Of a DNA stretch of 64,000 nt, positions 1-12,989 are shown in pieces. The position numbers and the translations under genes were made by a program. Under the pieces are notes generated by a model. It was not told where the DNA came from, did not search any database, and saw only the letters and a program-made list of their open reading frames with translations. This DNA is from the human T2T-CHM13v2.0 reference genome, Homo sapiens. Every line of letters starts with the position of its first letter. Position 1 is the stretch's first letter. The stretch lies in NCBI RefSeq assembly GCF_009914755.1, contig NC_060935.1. One strand, given 5' to 3'.

Positions 1-342
1 TTTCTTAATATAGCAGCACACTAGAAATCAGTAGTTGATGTGTAATAAAGCAGAGAAGGTTAATGCCAGGCCCTGGGTGCTTTACACAGTAACTCATTTA
101 ATCCTCACAACAACCCCATGAGGTTTTACAGATGAGGAAATGAGGCAGAGAATGACAATGTGACTTGCCTAAGAACACAGAGCAAGTGGCAGAGCGAGGA
201 TTCAAACCCAGCCATCCTGGATCCGAGCCTGTGTCTTTGCCACACTATGCTCTTCCTCCACATTTGAGAAAGTAATCAATATTTTAGAGCAAAGCTTTTC
301 TGAAGTTTATTTGTCTAAACAAGATTAATCTGTTCCTCCTGA

Positions 343-779
<437 letters not shown>

Positions 780-1469
780 AGCCACATGTCTTAATAGTAC
801 CTCTACCTTTCCTTTAGGGCATGGGCCACTATGTCTAATTATCTATTTATTTGTGTGCTCATTTAATTAAGACCCTGCTCTCTACCTCCACCCCCAAGAC
901 TATAAGCTCCATGAAGCCAAGAGCCATGCCCATGAGCCACCACACTTCCAGTGCCAGCATGGTGTGAGGTACGGGGACATCCTCAGTAACTACTTGTCAA
1001 ATGAGTTCATAACACCTTGGACATTTACCAAGAACACTATTCAAGTTTGAATTTCCTAGTGAGTTGACAGATATTTGCAAATTCCTATCTATATATTCAC
1101 CAACACCCACAAATTCTGAATTTTATATATACATATTTAGCTGAATAACAAAATTCTGGTTGCATATGTAGATGAATAAAATGAATTTCAGTTTTAAAAA
1201 AAATCCAGCAAAAGCATTCAGAAGCACCTTAAGCACCTTGATAATAGACACCATTGACATTCACAACTTCTACACTGCTTCCTTCTCTTTCCAGATACTG
1301 ATTTATCTCCTCAGCAGATGTTTGGAGATAATTCTCCATAGTAAGTTATCTCATCTGTTGGCCAAATATTTTGACCTGAGCTCATGGTTCTTTCACAGTA
1401 TAAATTCTGGCAAATACCTTCTGTCCTTCTAGGGGGTTATAACTATCAGGATCTTCTTTTCTATTACTA

Positions 1470-1752
1470 ATAGTGTATGGGGGGTTAAAAATGGGCAAAT
1501 GGTCTGAACAGACATTTCTCAAGAGAAGACATACAAATGGCCAACACATATATGGAAAAAAATGTTCAATATCAGTAATCATGGAAATGCAAATCAAACC
1601 CACAATGAGTTATCATCTCATACCAGTTAGGGTGGTTATTATCAAAAAGACAAAAAAACAACAAATGCTGGTGAGGATGCAGAGAAAAGGGGACTCTTAT
1701 ACATTATTGGTAGGAATGCAAACTAGTACAGCCACTATGGAGAACAGTATGT
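1470..1752 (+). mobile_element. L1 ORF2 3' fragment
   Basis: Typical L1 text (aaatgcaaatcaaacccacaatgag...); the ORF track shows MQIKPTMSYHLIPVR-like peptide; interrupted by the LTR that follows. Confidence 0.85.
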
Positions 1753-1760
1753 GTGTAGTC

Positions 1761-2110
1761 CTGTTAAGTAAGCAACAATGAGGAGGGGTCCCAGCTGGGG
1801 AGGACCCAGGTGAGGAAGAACAATGAACAACTGTTCTGAGACATAGCTAATCAAACAACCTGAGGGCACAATGACTTCTATGGGCACAATGACTTCTTTC
1901 ACAGGTAGCCCCCTCCAGCACCACCCTATAAAACTTCCCTTCAGCCCCTGCCTCTTTGCAGACAGTGCCTTCTCTGCTGTGCTGCCCATTACAACCTTGC
2001 AACATGTTTTCATACCTTCTCTAATAAATCTGCCTTTCTTTCCTATGACTGTCTTGGTAAATACATTTGCTGCCGGTGACATCGGCCCTAGCTAGTCACT
2101 ACCCACAACA
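1761..2110 (+). mobile_element. ERV1-class 5' LTR
   Basis: Begins tgtta and ends acaaca; contains TATA-like cctataaaa and aataaa; directly followed by a PBS-like ttttggtg. Confidence 0.75.
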
Positions 2111-3703
2111 TTTTGGTGATCCAAAAGGGGATTGCTTGGGGACCTCTCCCCTACTCTGTCCCTTGCCTCTCCAACTCCACTATCTCAGTGAACAGCATCC
2201 AAGTTTGGAGACAGCTGAAGGTCCTGGCCAGGGCTGCTCCCTGTGGACCAGAAGGTCCTGGTGAGAAGTCACCACCCAATCAGAGTTTGCTTTCCTTTTC
2301 AGTTTTCAACTGAAACAAACTCTAGTATCCCTCTGGTGACTTATGACAACTGACCAGGGCCACTTCCTGGTGTGGCCTGAAGGCCAGGGGCTGAAGAGTT
2401 TTGTCTGCCTTGCCCGGGAGAGAGGAAAACCCTCTCCTACCTTTTCTGGTCAAAAGTCCCTCTATGTGTCACAATTGGCACACATGGTTTGGGGAACTCA
2501 GACCCACCTCTTTCTCACTCTAAATTCTCCCCATGAAGACAGGCAAACCTCCTGCTCTGGATGTTCCCAAACTAGGTGAGCTCAAGCAACCTCAGAGCAG
2601 TGAGTCTCCCCATTCACCTCCCCTCTCCTCATACCTGAACCGATTATCCGGTGCAAGGCCCCAGTGCAGAGAAGTCTTTCTGATAGCTGGGATGCCCTTT
2701 AGAAAGTGCACCCAAGTCCATCAGTGGATGAGAGTGGAACGCTTTTCCTCAGCGAGAAGCCCCAAGAGAAAGCAGTTTGTGTCCCCAGCGGACATTAGCC
2801 CCCAGAGGTTGGCTCATCATTTTCCAGTCCCACCATGGGACAAATCCCATCTGTTCCTTCAGACTCACCTCTGCATTGCATCCTAAAACATTGAGACAAA
2901 TTTAACCCTCAGACTCTCAAAAAGAAACATCTACTTTTCTTGTGTAATACAGCGTGGTCCCTATGCAAAGAATCCTCAACTTGGCCTCCTCGATCTTTTA
3001 TAACCAAGAGCAGAATAAGGAGGCCAGGGCTAAGGAGAAAGAAAAATGCAGGGAAGAAAGGCAGGCTCAATTGTTGGCTGATTTAGAAGCCCTCAGCTCC
3101 CTCCAGGTTGCCCTAAGGACACTCCTCCAGGTAAGTGCCCTCAGTGCAGATGGCCAGGCCACTGGAAGGCAAACTGCCCCAATGGGATACATGGGAAAAA
3201 GCCCCGCACAGCTTGTACCCTCTGCCACAAGCTCAGCTGCTGAAAATGGGACTGTCCTGAGGGCTGAAAGACCCTGAGGACAGAATTCTAGCCCCTGATG
3301 GCCTTAAAATGAAGTGGGCTCTCTGCCCCCGCTGAATTCCAAATCACAGCAAAACAAAGCCAAGGGTGACTCTGGAGGTGGCAAGTAAAATTATCAATTT
3401 CCCCTTGAGTTCAAGAGCTGCCTGTCATAGAGAGGCCTCCTCTACCCCTTTCTGGAAATACCTTTTGCTTATATGGTAAAAATCTGGAAAATCACTATCT
3501 GGAGTTTAACAGGCTTTTAGATTCAGTCACCATTGGAACTGAGTACACCATTAAAAGGAAAAGGCAAAATTAAAAGAAGCATGCGTAATAATTACATGGC
3601 TAGTCCTAGAAAGTTCTCTTGAGCAGTTAAAATCCTTTGCAAGCTTGAAATGCTCTAAACTCCTCCCGGAAAAAAACAACAGCAGTTATCTTGCACTATA
3701 GTT

Positions 3704-4069
3704 CACTGGTCCCCAATCTTTTTGGCACCGGGGACAATTTTTCCCCATGGAAAACAATTTTTTCATGGAAGACAATTTTTCCACAGACCAGGGAGGGTGG
3801 GTGATGATTTGGGGATGAAACTGTTCCACCTCAGATCACCAGGAATTAGATTCTCCTAAGAAGCATGAAACCTAGATCCCTTGCATGTGCAGTTCACCAT
3901 AGGGTTCATGCTCCCGTGAGAATCTAATACCCTCGCTGATCTGAAAGGAGGCAGAGCTCAGGCAGTAATGCTTGCTTGTCTGCCCCCGACTTACCTCCTG
4001 CTGAGCGGTTCGGTTCCCAACAGGCCATGGACCAGTGCCAGTCTACTGCCCAGGGGTTGGGGACCCCTG
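3704..4069 (+). mobile_element. MER1-like hAT-Charlie MITE
   Basis: Termini cactggtccccaa...ttggggacccctg; degenerate 8-bp TSD ctatagtt/ctgtagct. Confidence 0.85.
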
Positions 4070-4520
4070 CTGTAGCTCAACTGCTAAAGCTTTGCCCTCT
4101 CACAGTGGTGCCCTGGGTTCAATTCCTGGCTCCAAAAGTGAGTCTTTTGTGGTTTAATCATTTATTGATTCTTTTCCCCTCCATGGAGAGCTCCTAATTT
4201 CCTGTCTTGAAATTTTCTTTTCTCTGAGTTACCTTTGGGGCAATTCTAGATCTTGTAAATTGCTTACCATCTCTTTGGAGACACCTTGTGTGTCCCTGTT
4301 TAAGTTATCCCCTTACTTAAGGTTTATTAATTTCACATAGGAGGTTACCTTTAGGTAAAGATTCAAAAGCCAGAAATATTGGCCATTTGTCCTGGCTAAA
4401 ATCTGGTAATAAAAGATTTTTATAGGATTTTTATTTTGAGAACTCCATAGTCAGAAATCAACTTAATTAAAGACGATATTTGGGCTGTATGTATACAGAT
4501 ATTGTTTTAAAAGCCCCTGC

Positions 4521-4817
4521 TGGCCAGGCACAGTGGCTTATGCCTATAATCCTAGCACTTTGAGAGGCCAAGGTGGACAGATCGCTTGAGCCCAGGAGTT
4601 TGAGACCAGCCTGAGCAACTTGGTGAAACACCATCTGAACAAAAAAAAAATACAAAAATTAGCTGGATGTAGTGGCAGGCACCTGTAGTCCTAGCTACTC
4701 AGGAGGCTGAAGTGGGAGGATCACTTGAGCCCAGGAGGCTGAGGCTGCAGCGAGTTGTGATCGCACCACTGCATTCCAACCTGGCGACAGAGCGAGACTC
4801 CATCTAAACAAACAAAA
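4521..4817 (+). mobile_element. Alu (AluJ-like)
   Basis: Dimeric Alu; flanking aaaagcccctgct repeat. Confidence 0.9.
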
Positions 4818-5181
4818 AGCCCCTGCTTTCCCTCTAAGAACTTCTCAGTCAATGGAATTTTGTCTTGATTTTCCATTTCTGTCTGTCTGTGTATTTATAT
4901 GTGTTGTATGTATAGTATTTATATAAAAGAGCTCTAATTAATTGGCTTAAAGAAACTAAAATCAAACATTTTATCAGAAAAAATTGAAACTTTAATCTCT
5001 TTTAGGTCACGTGACTCTAATGATTTTTAAACATAAAGACAGTGTAAATAACATAAAAAATAAAGACAGTGTAAGTAAAGAATGTGTTTTGGTGGGAGGT
5101 TATAAGAAGGCGTGTGAATATGGTTTCTGTTAAAGAGAACGTAATTTTGTCTAGCTCAGAGGGTTTTAACTATTGGCCTCA

Positions 5182-5604
<423 letters not shown>

Positions 5605-6789
5605 TTAAAGGGGATTACTTAGTTTTTCCATAGGTCGAACACTGAAATAAAAGCACACTGATGTAGGGCCAGAATCCGGGCCCATGTGTCTGAATAATGG
5701 TTTTCTAGAGAATTTATTTGTTTAACAGAAAATTGTAAAGAATTATGAGAGGTTTGTGGACGTTTTACCTTATGGTCAAACTATGATTGTATAGATTTGT
5801 TTATAAGGTTTTATTAAGAATTGGATCTAACATTAATAATATACTAATGCAAAGGTGAAATTTTGCTTTCTCTCATAAACAAGATTTTTGCATAATATTT
5901 TAAAATAATGAGATTTTTGTTTACCTTTTAATAAACAACAGAAAAAGGAGGAGAGAGGAAATAGATTCGGTTGGCATCATGCTGTCTTTATTGCGACCTG
6001 CTTGGAAAGTTGACTCTCCCCTCTATCAGCAAGTAAAGATTTTTGCCTTTTAGAAATTTTGGAGTTATCATTTTGGCTACCTAAATGACTTGTAGTGACT
6101 CTATACTAATCTTCTCTGAGCAACTCTCCTCCATATCCTGTTGGGTAATGAGAACAAGTGGCACCCCCTCCCTCCAAAAAATCCATGCCCCTTTATATTA
6201 CAGAAAAGAAATCTTCAGAAAAGAGACATGCTACAATGAGACTACCATACAAGATGTGAAAGTTACCCCCCAAATTACAATATCATGAGACAAAATAAGG
6301 GAGAGCTGCTGTCTCTCAGTGTTTGTCCCTAGTAAGGACAACTAACCACTGAGCAAACGGACAACTGCACAGCCTTCTTTTACTCACAGAGTGTTGTCCA
6401 CCTGCAGAGCCAAGTCCTCTCAATCTATCTGCACACTGCTGTGCACTTCTAGGCTCTCAGATGTTTTTAGGTCTACAAGTCCATATAACCACTCTAAGCC
6501 ATGCGTCTTAAAATATGCCCTCATTTTCCATTGTTAAGCCATTGAATACAGACTGGTAGGTCACGTGGCTTCTGTAACACAGTCTAGGTCACATCGGTTA
6601 ATGCTCTACGCGAATGGGACCCTGGAGGTCCTTACTCCTGCTCTCTTCTCCAGAGTAGGTTATACCTAAACCATCCTGCATCAGCCTTTCCCAAGGTCAG
6701 GGCTGTGCTGAGGGTGTAACAAGCATGGACAGTAGCCTAGCTTTCTTGGGAGATTTAAGTCTCGGGCTTCTAAAGGTTAAATATTGGTT

Positions 6790-6960
6790 TGTCTATAATG
6801 GGGAGAAGAAAAACAGTGGTACAACTATGTAAAATGATGGATATATTAATCTGCTTCACCATAGTAAACTTTTTACTATCTACATGCATCCCACAACATC
6901 ATGTTGTATACCTTAAATACACACAATAAAATTTGTTTAAAAATAAAATTAAAAACTGTC
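6790..6960 (+). mobile_element. L1M 3' end fragment
   Basis: atcatgttgtataccttaaatacacacaataaaa followed by an A-rich tail. Confidence 0.7.
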
Positions 6961-7329
6961 TTCTAAAAAGAAAAACAGTGAAGAAAGAGCTCTGCTGTGA
7001 GCTCAAGAACAGCCAGTCACAGCTCCACCTAAACCCACGGGTGACTTAAAAGCTGAAGCCTTGTCATAATCATTGTCACGTACTCTTATTATGATGAAAC
7101 TTTGCTCCTCTTTTTGCTGAGGAGATTCACCTAAGTTACTCTACACGACAGTAACTGAAACAGCACCCATTAGACTACTTTATGACATCCCCCTGCAGAG
7201 ATCAAGAGTTCTGCAATCGCAGCTTCACAATCCTGAGAGACTACCAATTCAACCAGCCTTCAGGACTGGCACACTTCTGTGTGAGAAAAGTTCAAAAAAT
7301 GGCTTAAGAAATTCAAAGCAACTGCTTAC

Positions 7330-7430
7330 CCAAGATGAAGAGCACCCAGGGGAGGCAATGCACTGAAATCTCCCCACAGCTGCAGTCCCCAAGCTCAACT
7401 GAAAGACTGCTGCGAGCACTCTAGGTTAGG
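7330..7430 (-). other. JAML: JAML (AMICA1) non-coding exon 1; TSS approximate
   Basis: Minus strand reads ...GGGACTGCAGCTGTGGGGAGATTTCAGTGCATTGCCTCCCCTGGGTGCTCTTCATCTTGG|gtaagc (donor 7324-7329); matches the recalled JAML 5'UTR and the known gene order. Confidence 0.75.
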
Positions 7431-8184
7431 CTCAGAGCAAACCAAACACGTGCCTTCTGAAGTGGTTGCAGAGATGCAAACAGGAACCTCTAAATCAAGG
7501 TTCTCATTTCAGTCATCTGGCCCATTACCCAATTGTTATGTATACTTTCATTCTAAAAAGAGGTGACAAATTCAACCTACTGAGGTGAACCTCACACTCA
7601 GACCTCTTCAGGTGCCATCTCCCCTTTTAGATGACAAGCCCTCTGAGGGTAGGAGCTTGAATGGCACCAGGCAAATAGGTGCTGAGAAAGAAATCCATTT
7701 CATGCAAACAAAATACAATAAACGTAATATTAACACAAAACCTTCTGTGTTAAAGATACAGCAACCTCTTTTATTTTTCCTCTCAAAACAGAGGTGCAAC
7801 CTCGCCAGGCAATCACCCAATCCCTGCTTCCAAAGATACGCCTGCCCAGTCCTCCAACTCACCATGTAGACATGAAAGTTTCCTCTGGCCATGTGATATC
7901 AGCATTTCCAGAATACAGGCAGCCATTGATTCCCATAGAGAACCTCTTGGGTGACTTGGACATCCTAGATTAGAACTCAAGGTTTCTTCACTTCAAGATA
8001 CCTCTCAGTCTTAGTCACCACTTCAAAATAGGTGTTCTCAATGTACGCACCTTCAACCTCGGCTAGATTGGCTTGACCTAGGCATGGGCAGACTCATGGA
8101 ACTTGTCCTGTATCATCTGAAAAGCTGTTGAACGTTTGCTCCCAAGCACTACGCTGCATGGTCCTTGAGAAGTGATGTGCTAGA

Positions 8185-8562
8185 GAGCCAGCAATCTCCA
8201 CAGCATAAATATTCCCATCATAACCTATTTCAAGCTACCAACAGTTTAACAACTGGCTTGCAAAATTCCTAAAAAACTTAATACAGGTTGAATATCCCTT
8301 ATCCAATATGCTTGGGACCAGAAATGTTTCAGATTTCATATTTTTTTCAGATTTTAGAATATTTGCCGAATACATACAAGTTGAACGTCCCTAGTCTGAA
8401 AATCCAAAATGCTCCAATAAGCATTTCTTTGGAGCATCATGTTGGCACTCAAAGTTACAGATTTTGGAGTTGAAATAGCAACCACTCTTTTGTATTTTCA
8501 GATTAGGGGTACTCAGCCTGTAATCAGCTCTTGCTATGTAAGCTGGTTCCAGCACACCACGG
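8185..8562. mobile_element. MER63-like hAT relic with nested Tigger4/MER46-like MITE (8284-8520)
   Basis: Nested element has TA-flanked termini caggttgaatatccc...gggtactcagcctg; host has caagctacca and ccagcacaccac. Confidence 0.7.
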
Positions 8563-8627
8563 AATCTCTGCAGGTTCTTGCGGGGGTACAGCTCCGACAT
8601 GACTGGTTGCACGATGCTGAAAACCAC

Positions 8628-9011
8628 TGTTAAATCAAGTTTAGCCTAAAGCTGCCTCCTTACATATTTTAAGTTTGGCCTAAAGGTTTCTCTGTACATC
8701 ATGAACTATAACGTAAATGGAATAGTATACGGACTCTAGTCTACTCTTGTGCCAGTCACTGAGTTTGGCCAATCGAAGATGGCCAATGATTCAAACTATT
8801 CAAATAAGGCAAACACCGAGCTGTAACCAATCCGGCTATTTCTGTACCTCACTTCTGTTTCCTGTACATGACTTTCCTTTTGCTGTCCATAAATCTTCCA
8901 CCACGTGGCTGCGCTGGAGTCTCTGAGTCCACTCTGGCTCAGGAGACTGCCTGATTCATGAATCATTCTGTGCTCAATTAAACTCTTTTAAATTTAATTC
9001 AGCTTTTAATA
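8628..9011 (+). mobile_element. Solo ERV1 LTR (MER57-like)
   Basis: Starts tgttaaatcaagtttagcctaaagctgcc; CCAAT boxes; attaaa; 4-bp TSD ccac (8624-8627 / 9012-9015). Confidence 0.8.
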
Positions 9012-9099
9012 CCACAAACCCCCATCTTTTTCACATGACAATTCCCACCTTTTATGTAGATATGCACACACCAAAAGGTAGCCAAAGGGTACAAAGAAG

Positions 9100-9105
9100 T
9101 TTATT
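9100..9105 (-). terminator. MPZL3: Distal polyA signal (AATAAA) of MPZL3
   Basis: tttatt on +, with GU-rich sequence downstream on the minus strand; ends a ~3.2-kb 3'UTR. Confidence 0.7.
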
Positions 9106-11234
9106 GACTATGATGCAGTAAAGATACCAAGAGTTACAATATTTGTGCATATGGCCCAACAGTGCCTACCCTCCTACAAAACAAAAACAAAAACAAAAAA
9201 AGGCAATGAGGTGCAGCAGTTAACAGCCCAACACTGGAGTCAAAGGAATGGAGCTGCCTCTTCTGGCAGCAAAGTTTCAAGTTGTGCAATTAAATAATAG
9301 TCTTGGTCCACTCCTTGTGGGTCTTCTTACAGTTTCCCTTTAGAACCATAACTGAGTGACTTAGTAGAACATTCATATTCAGGATGTGGCCTCCAGAAGT
9401 GTCGTTTTGTTTTGTTTTGAACAAAGACGTGCTACCTTCTCTCTTGAAGCACCAGTGCTGGGTTCAGGAGCTACAGAGGACTAAGATGTTCCCCAAGTAG
9501 CCTGAAGTAACAGGTCACATGGAAAACACAAAGCAATTGGTGAGTCCACATTTTGTAATAGAATTAAGAGCGTAATGCATAAAACTTAAAGTCATGTAAC
9601 CACATGTAAAAACTTCAGCAGCTAAAGAAAAATTCTGGAAGGCTTTTAACCCCTTCTGAACTAAGTTCCCTTTCTAAACGAGGCTGGTTTCCATGGCTGT
9701 GACAAGAGCTCATGGGGTAGCAAAAAGAGAGAGAGAATAGCACCTTAGAAGTTACTCAAACAAGAGGTGAAACAAATAAGTAAACAAAAAAAGACCACTT
9801 TATCTTCCTTTCATCCTTAAAGAAGGCAGGTGTCTGTACACTGCTTTGTGATCCTTCGAAGAATAAAAAGCTGTAACCCAAATCTCAGTATAAGGGATGA
9901 AGAAGGAAAATGATAGCAGCTGATGACTGGGATGCGACCACAAACCCATATAGTAAACTAAGTTATCAACGTACTCCCTTACCACGAAGGACTTCATTCA
10001 GTCATTTAAAAAGCAAGGGACTAGTTCAAATCATGATTAAGGCTATAAAAGAACACGACTGAGTATTCACAGAGCACCAATTACCTCAAGTTTAGACTAG
10101 GTGTCAATCTACAAACATACTACCCTGCATTAATCTTCACAACACACCTGCGAGGACATTACAAGAAGGCCCAGCCAAAATTAGTTCCTCATTTAATGGG
10201 ATATGGCTTTCAGTGGGTTCCTGTAACACCATCTCTTTCTTGGAGAAATGAGGACCTGCAAAATAGTCCCCCTCACAATGAGATCTCTATCTTCAAATCT
10301 CTGAGAGCCCAAGTTATTTACTCTCATTGCTCAAGTTGCTTTCCTCTCTCTGTTGAGGTGTCAGAAATGGTCACGTTAGATTGGCCTCAGACAACCACAA
10401 AAGTTAACAAGCAGTCCCAAAGTACCGTGAGGTTTAACCACTGGAAATGTAAACTGCCGGTCCTGTCTTTGCCCTTCTACTTCCTCGCGTGACCAGAGTC
10501 AAATCACAATGTCCTTCAACTAACCAGATTCGCTCATCTGTGGACTAGGTTAACAGAAGAGGCTAGGCCAAATCTATGATACGGATCTAACAACCCAAAT
10601 TTTTTAAATTAAGTCTTCAAAAAAAAAAGAAAGAAGTTGAGAGAGAGAAAAGTGATTTTTAAACTAACATATACAGTCTGAAGCGCTGTAATATGGAAAC
10701 TTCCTGAACCACCTAATGAAAAATCATGAAAAGGGATCAACCTGTTGAAAGAATAGAGACAGGTGAGGGGATAATTTTTGTCTCTCATAATTGAGAAGTA
10801 AATCCAATCACTATTACAGAAGACTATTTATATATGCACCATCCATCTTTACTGATATACTATACATATGCCTTAATGGCTTATAAAAAATCCTATGTAA
10901 ATTAACATTTGAAACAAGTTGTCATAGCAGAATGGAGTAACCTGCTGTAAGGCACTGAGAGAATACAAAGGAGAAGTATGTCATGCACAATCTCACTTCC
11001 TCATCTCAAATATTATGTAAAAACCACTTGCAAATACCATAGTTTACTCACAGTTGGCACATTTTAGAAATCAACAAAGTTTTGAAAAACAATACAAGTG
11101 AAAAGATGATTTAATTGCAAAGAACTCCTGAAATACTCCATAAGCCCCCCACTAAAAACCTGTAAAGAGTTTTTCTTGCCTCTGACCTGAAAATTCAAGA
11201 AGAAAAGTTGTAGTTATAAGAAAATAAAATAACA

Positions 11235-11600
<366 letters not shown>

Positions 11601-12271
11601 TCACGATTCCTTTCCTTAACTGTAAATTGATGACACTGTACTTAATACTTTAAAAACCCAGTCAAAGCAAACCAATGACTTGATCCTACCAACTCTAAGG
11701 AAACTAAGGGTATACACCCTAAGTTATCCAAACACAACTGAGGTTGAGGTCATTAAACCGGTAAGTATACGCCCTATACTAACTCACAGCTGAAAGTGTA
11801 CATGGAGCAAAAAACAAAGAATACATATCCCAAGCGAATATTTTGTCTGGTGACACATCAGGAAGCCACAAGCTCCACTTCATTTAAAAAATTATTTGGG
11901 TATCAGCGGTGTGGCAAACATTCAAAATTCTCCTTCAAACAGTTGGAAGAAAACATGTAATACATTCCAGAGCAAAGATGAATCAAAAAGTATCTTTTTG
12001 CTCAGGAAAAGAATTTCTTCATTCAATTACAGCATAATTCATTGAAAGGGGAAGTCATGAGTCTCTTATGAGACTTCCTGAACAGTTTATAAATACAACA
12101 AGAACATTTATTCAATAAATAAGTGGTTCCTAAAGTCTTTACTGATGATCTCCAGGATTGTCCATCGCTATGGTCCAGGCCAGCTCCACTTTCTCTGACA
12201 GGCTTTAGCTGCCAGTGGAATGGGATGTTTCCTGTCTTTAGGTGACTCTTCTTGTGTCATACAGACTTTCA

Positions 12272-12298
12272 TCAATATGTCTCTTCATAGTCTGAATC
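12272..12298 (-). CDS. MPZL3: MPZL3 exon 6 coding part (DSDYEETY*)
   Basis: Acceptor AG at 12299-12300; 27 nt completes a 708-nt CDS (235 aa). Confidence 0.95.
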   Translation of the reverse strand, partial: DSDYEETY

Positions 12299-12654
12299 CT
12301 GGAGGGAGCAAAACAGCAGGTGTGAAACACAATTCCAGAGTTGGAATTTAGGCAAAGACCACATGTTAGGATCCTCCAAATGGAACCTGGCTTGGGGAGA
12401 CAGCCACAGTGAAATGCCACTGACTCAATACACCTAAATTCCCACGGAGCTTCACAGGACCTCAATATAATTGGTGTCTATTGGGCTAATTTCTGCTTTG
12501 AAGCCCTAGTGGTTTCCTTTCCCTTGGTGAATATTTTTTAGAACCTCAACACACAAGAAAAGATGCCCGCCTACCGCACCCTTTCTTAGCAAAACAAGTG
12601 TCAGTGGAATCACCCCAGCGATCCTCTCCTCACTCTCTTGCAGAAATGTGCAAA

Positions 12655-12895
12655 ATTGTGGTTAGGAATTTAGACTAAGTGTCAGTCTACCACTGAGTTC
12701 CACCTCTTGTGGCTGTGTGACCTTGGATAAAGTTATTAACTTCTCTAAGCCTCAGTTTCCTCATCTGTAAAATGGGGATAATAAAAATACACCTCATAGA
12801 ACTGTTATGAGAATTGAATGAGGCAATATATGTAAATTACTTAGCACTGCCTGGCACTTCATAAGCACTCATTCAAGATTAGCTCCTGTTACCAT
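12655..12895 (+). mobile_element. MIR
   Basis: Core cctcagtttcctcatctgtaaaatggggataat. Confidence 0.85.
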
Positions 12896-12989
12896 TATTA
12901 TTATTCATACTCATATTCATTACTTCTAACTTCAAGTGGGCCATTAGCACTAACTGGCATACCACACTTCTCTAGTCTATTTATTCTCC

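Noticed and set aside
4100-4132. tRNA T-loop-like ctgggttcaattcctggct
   Set aside because: No cloverleaf or acceptor stem; lies inside the ERV internal sequence.
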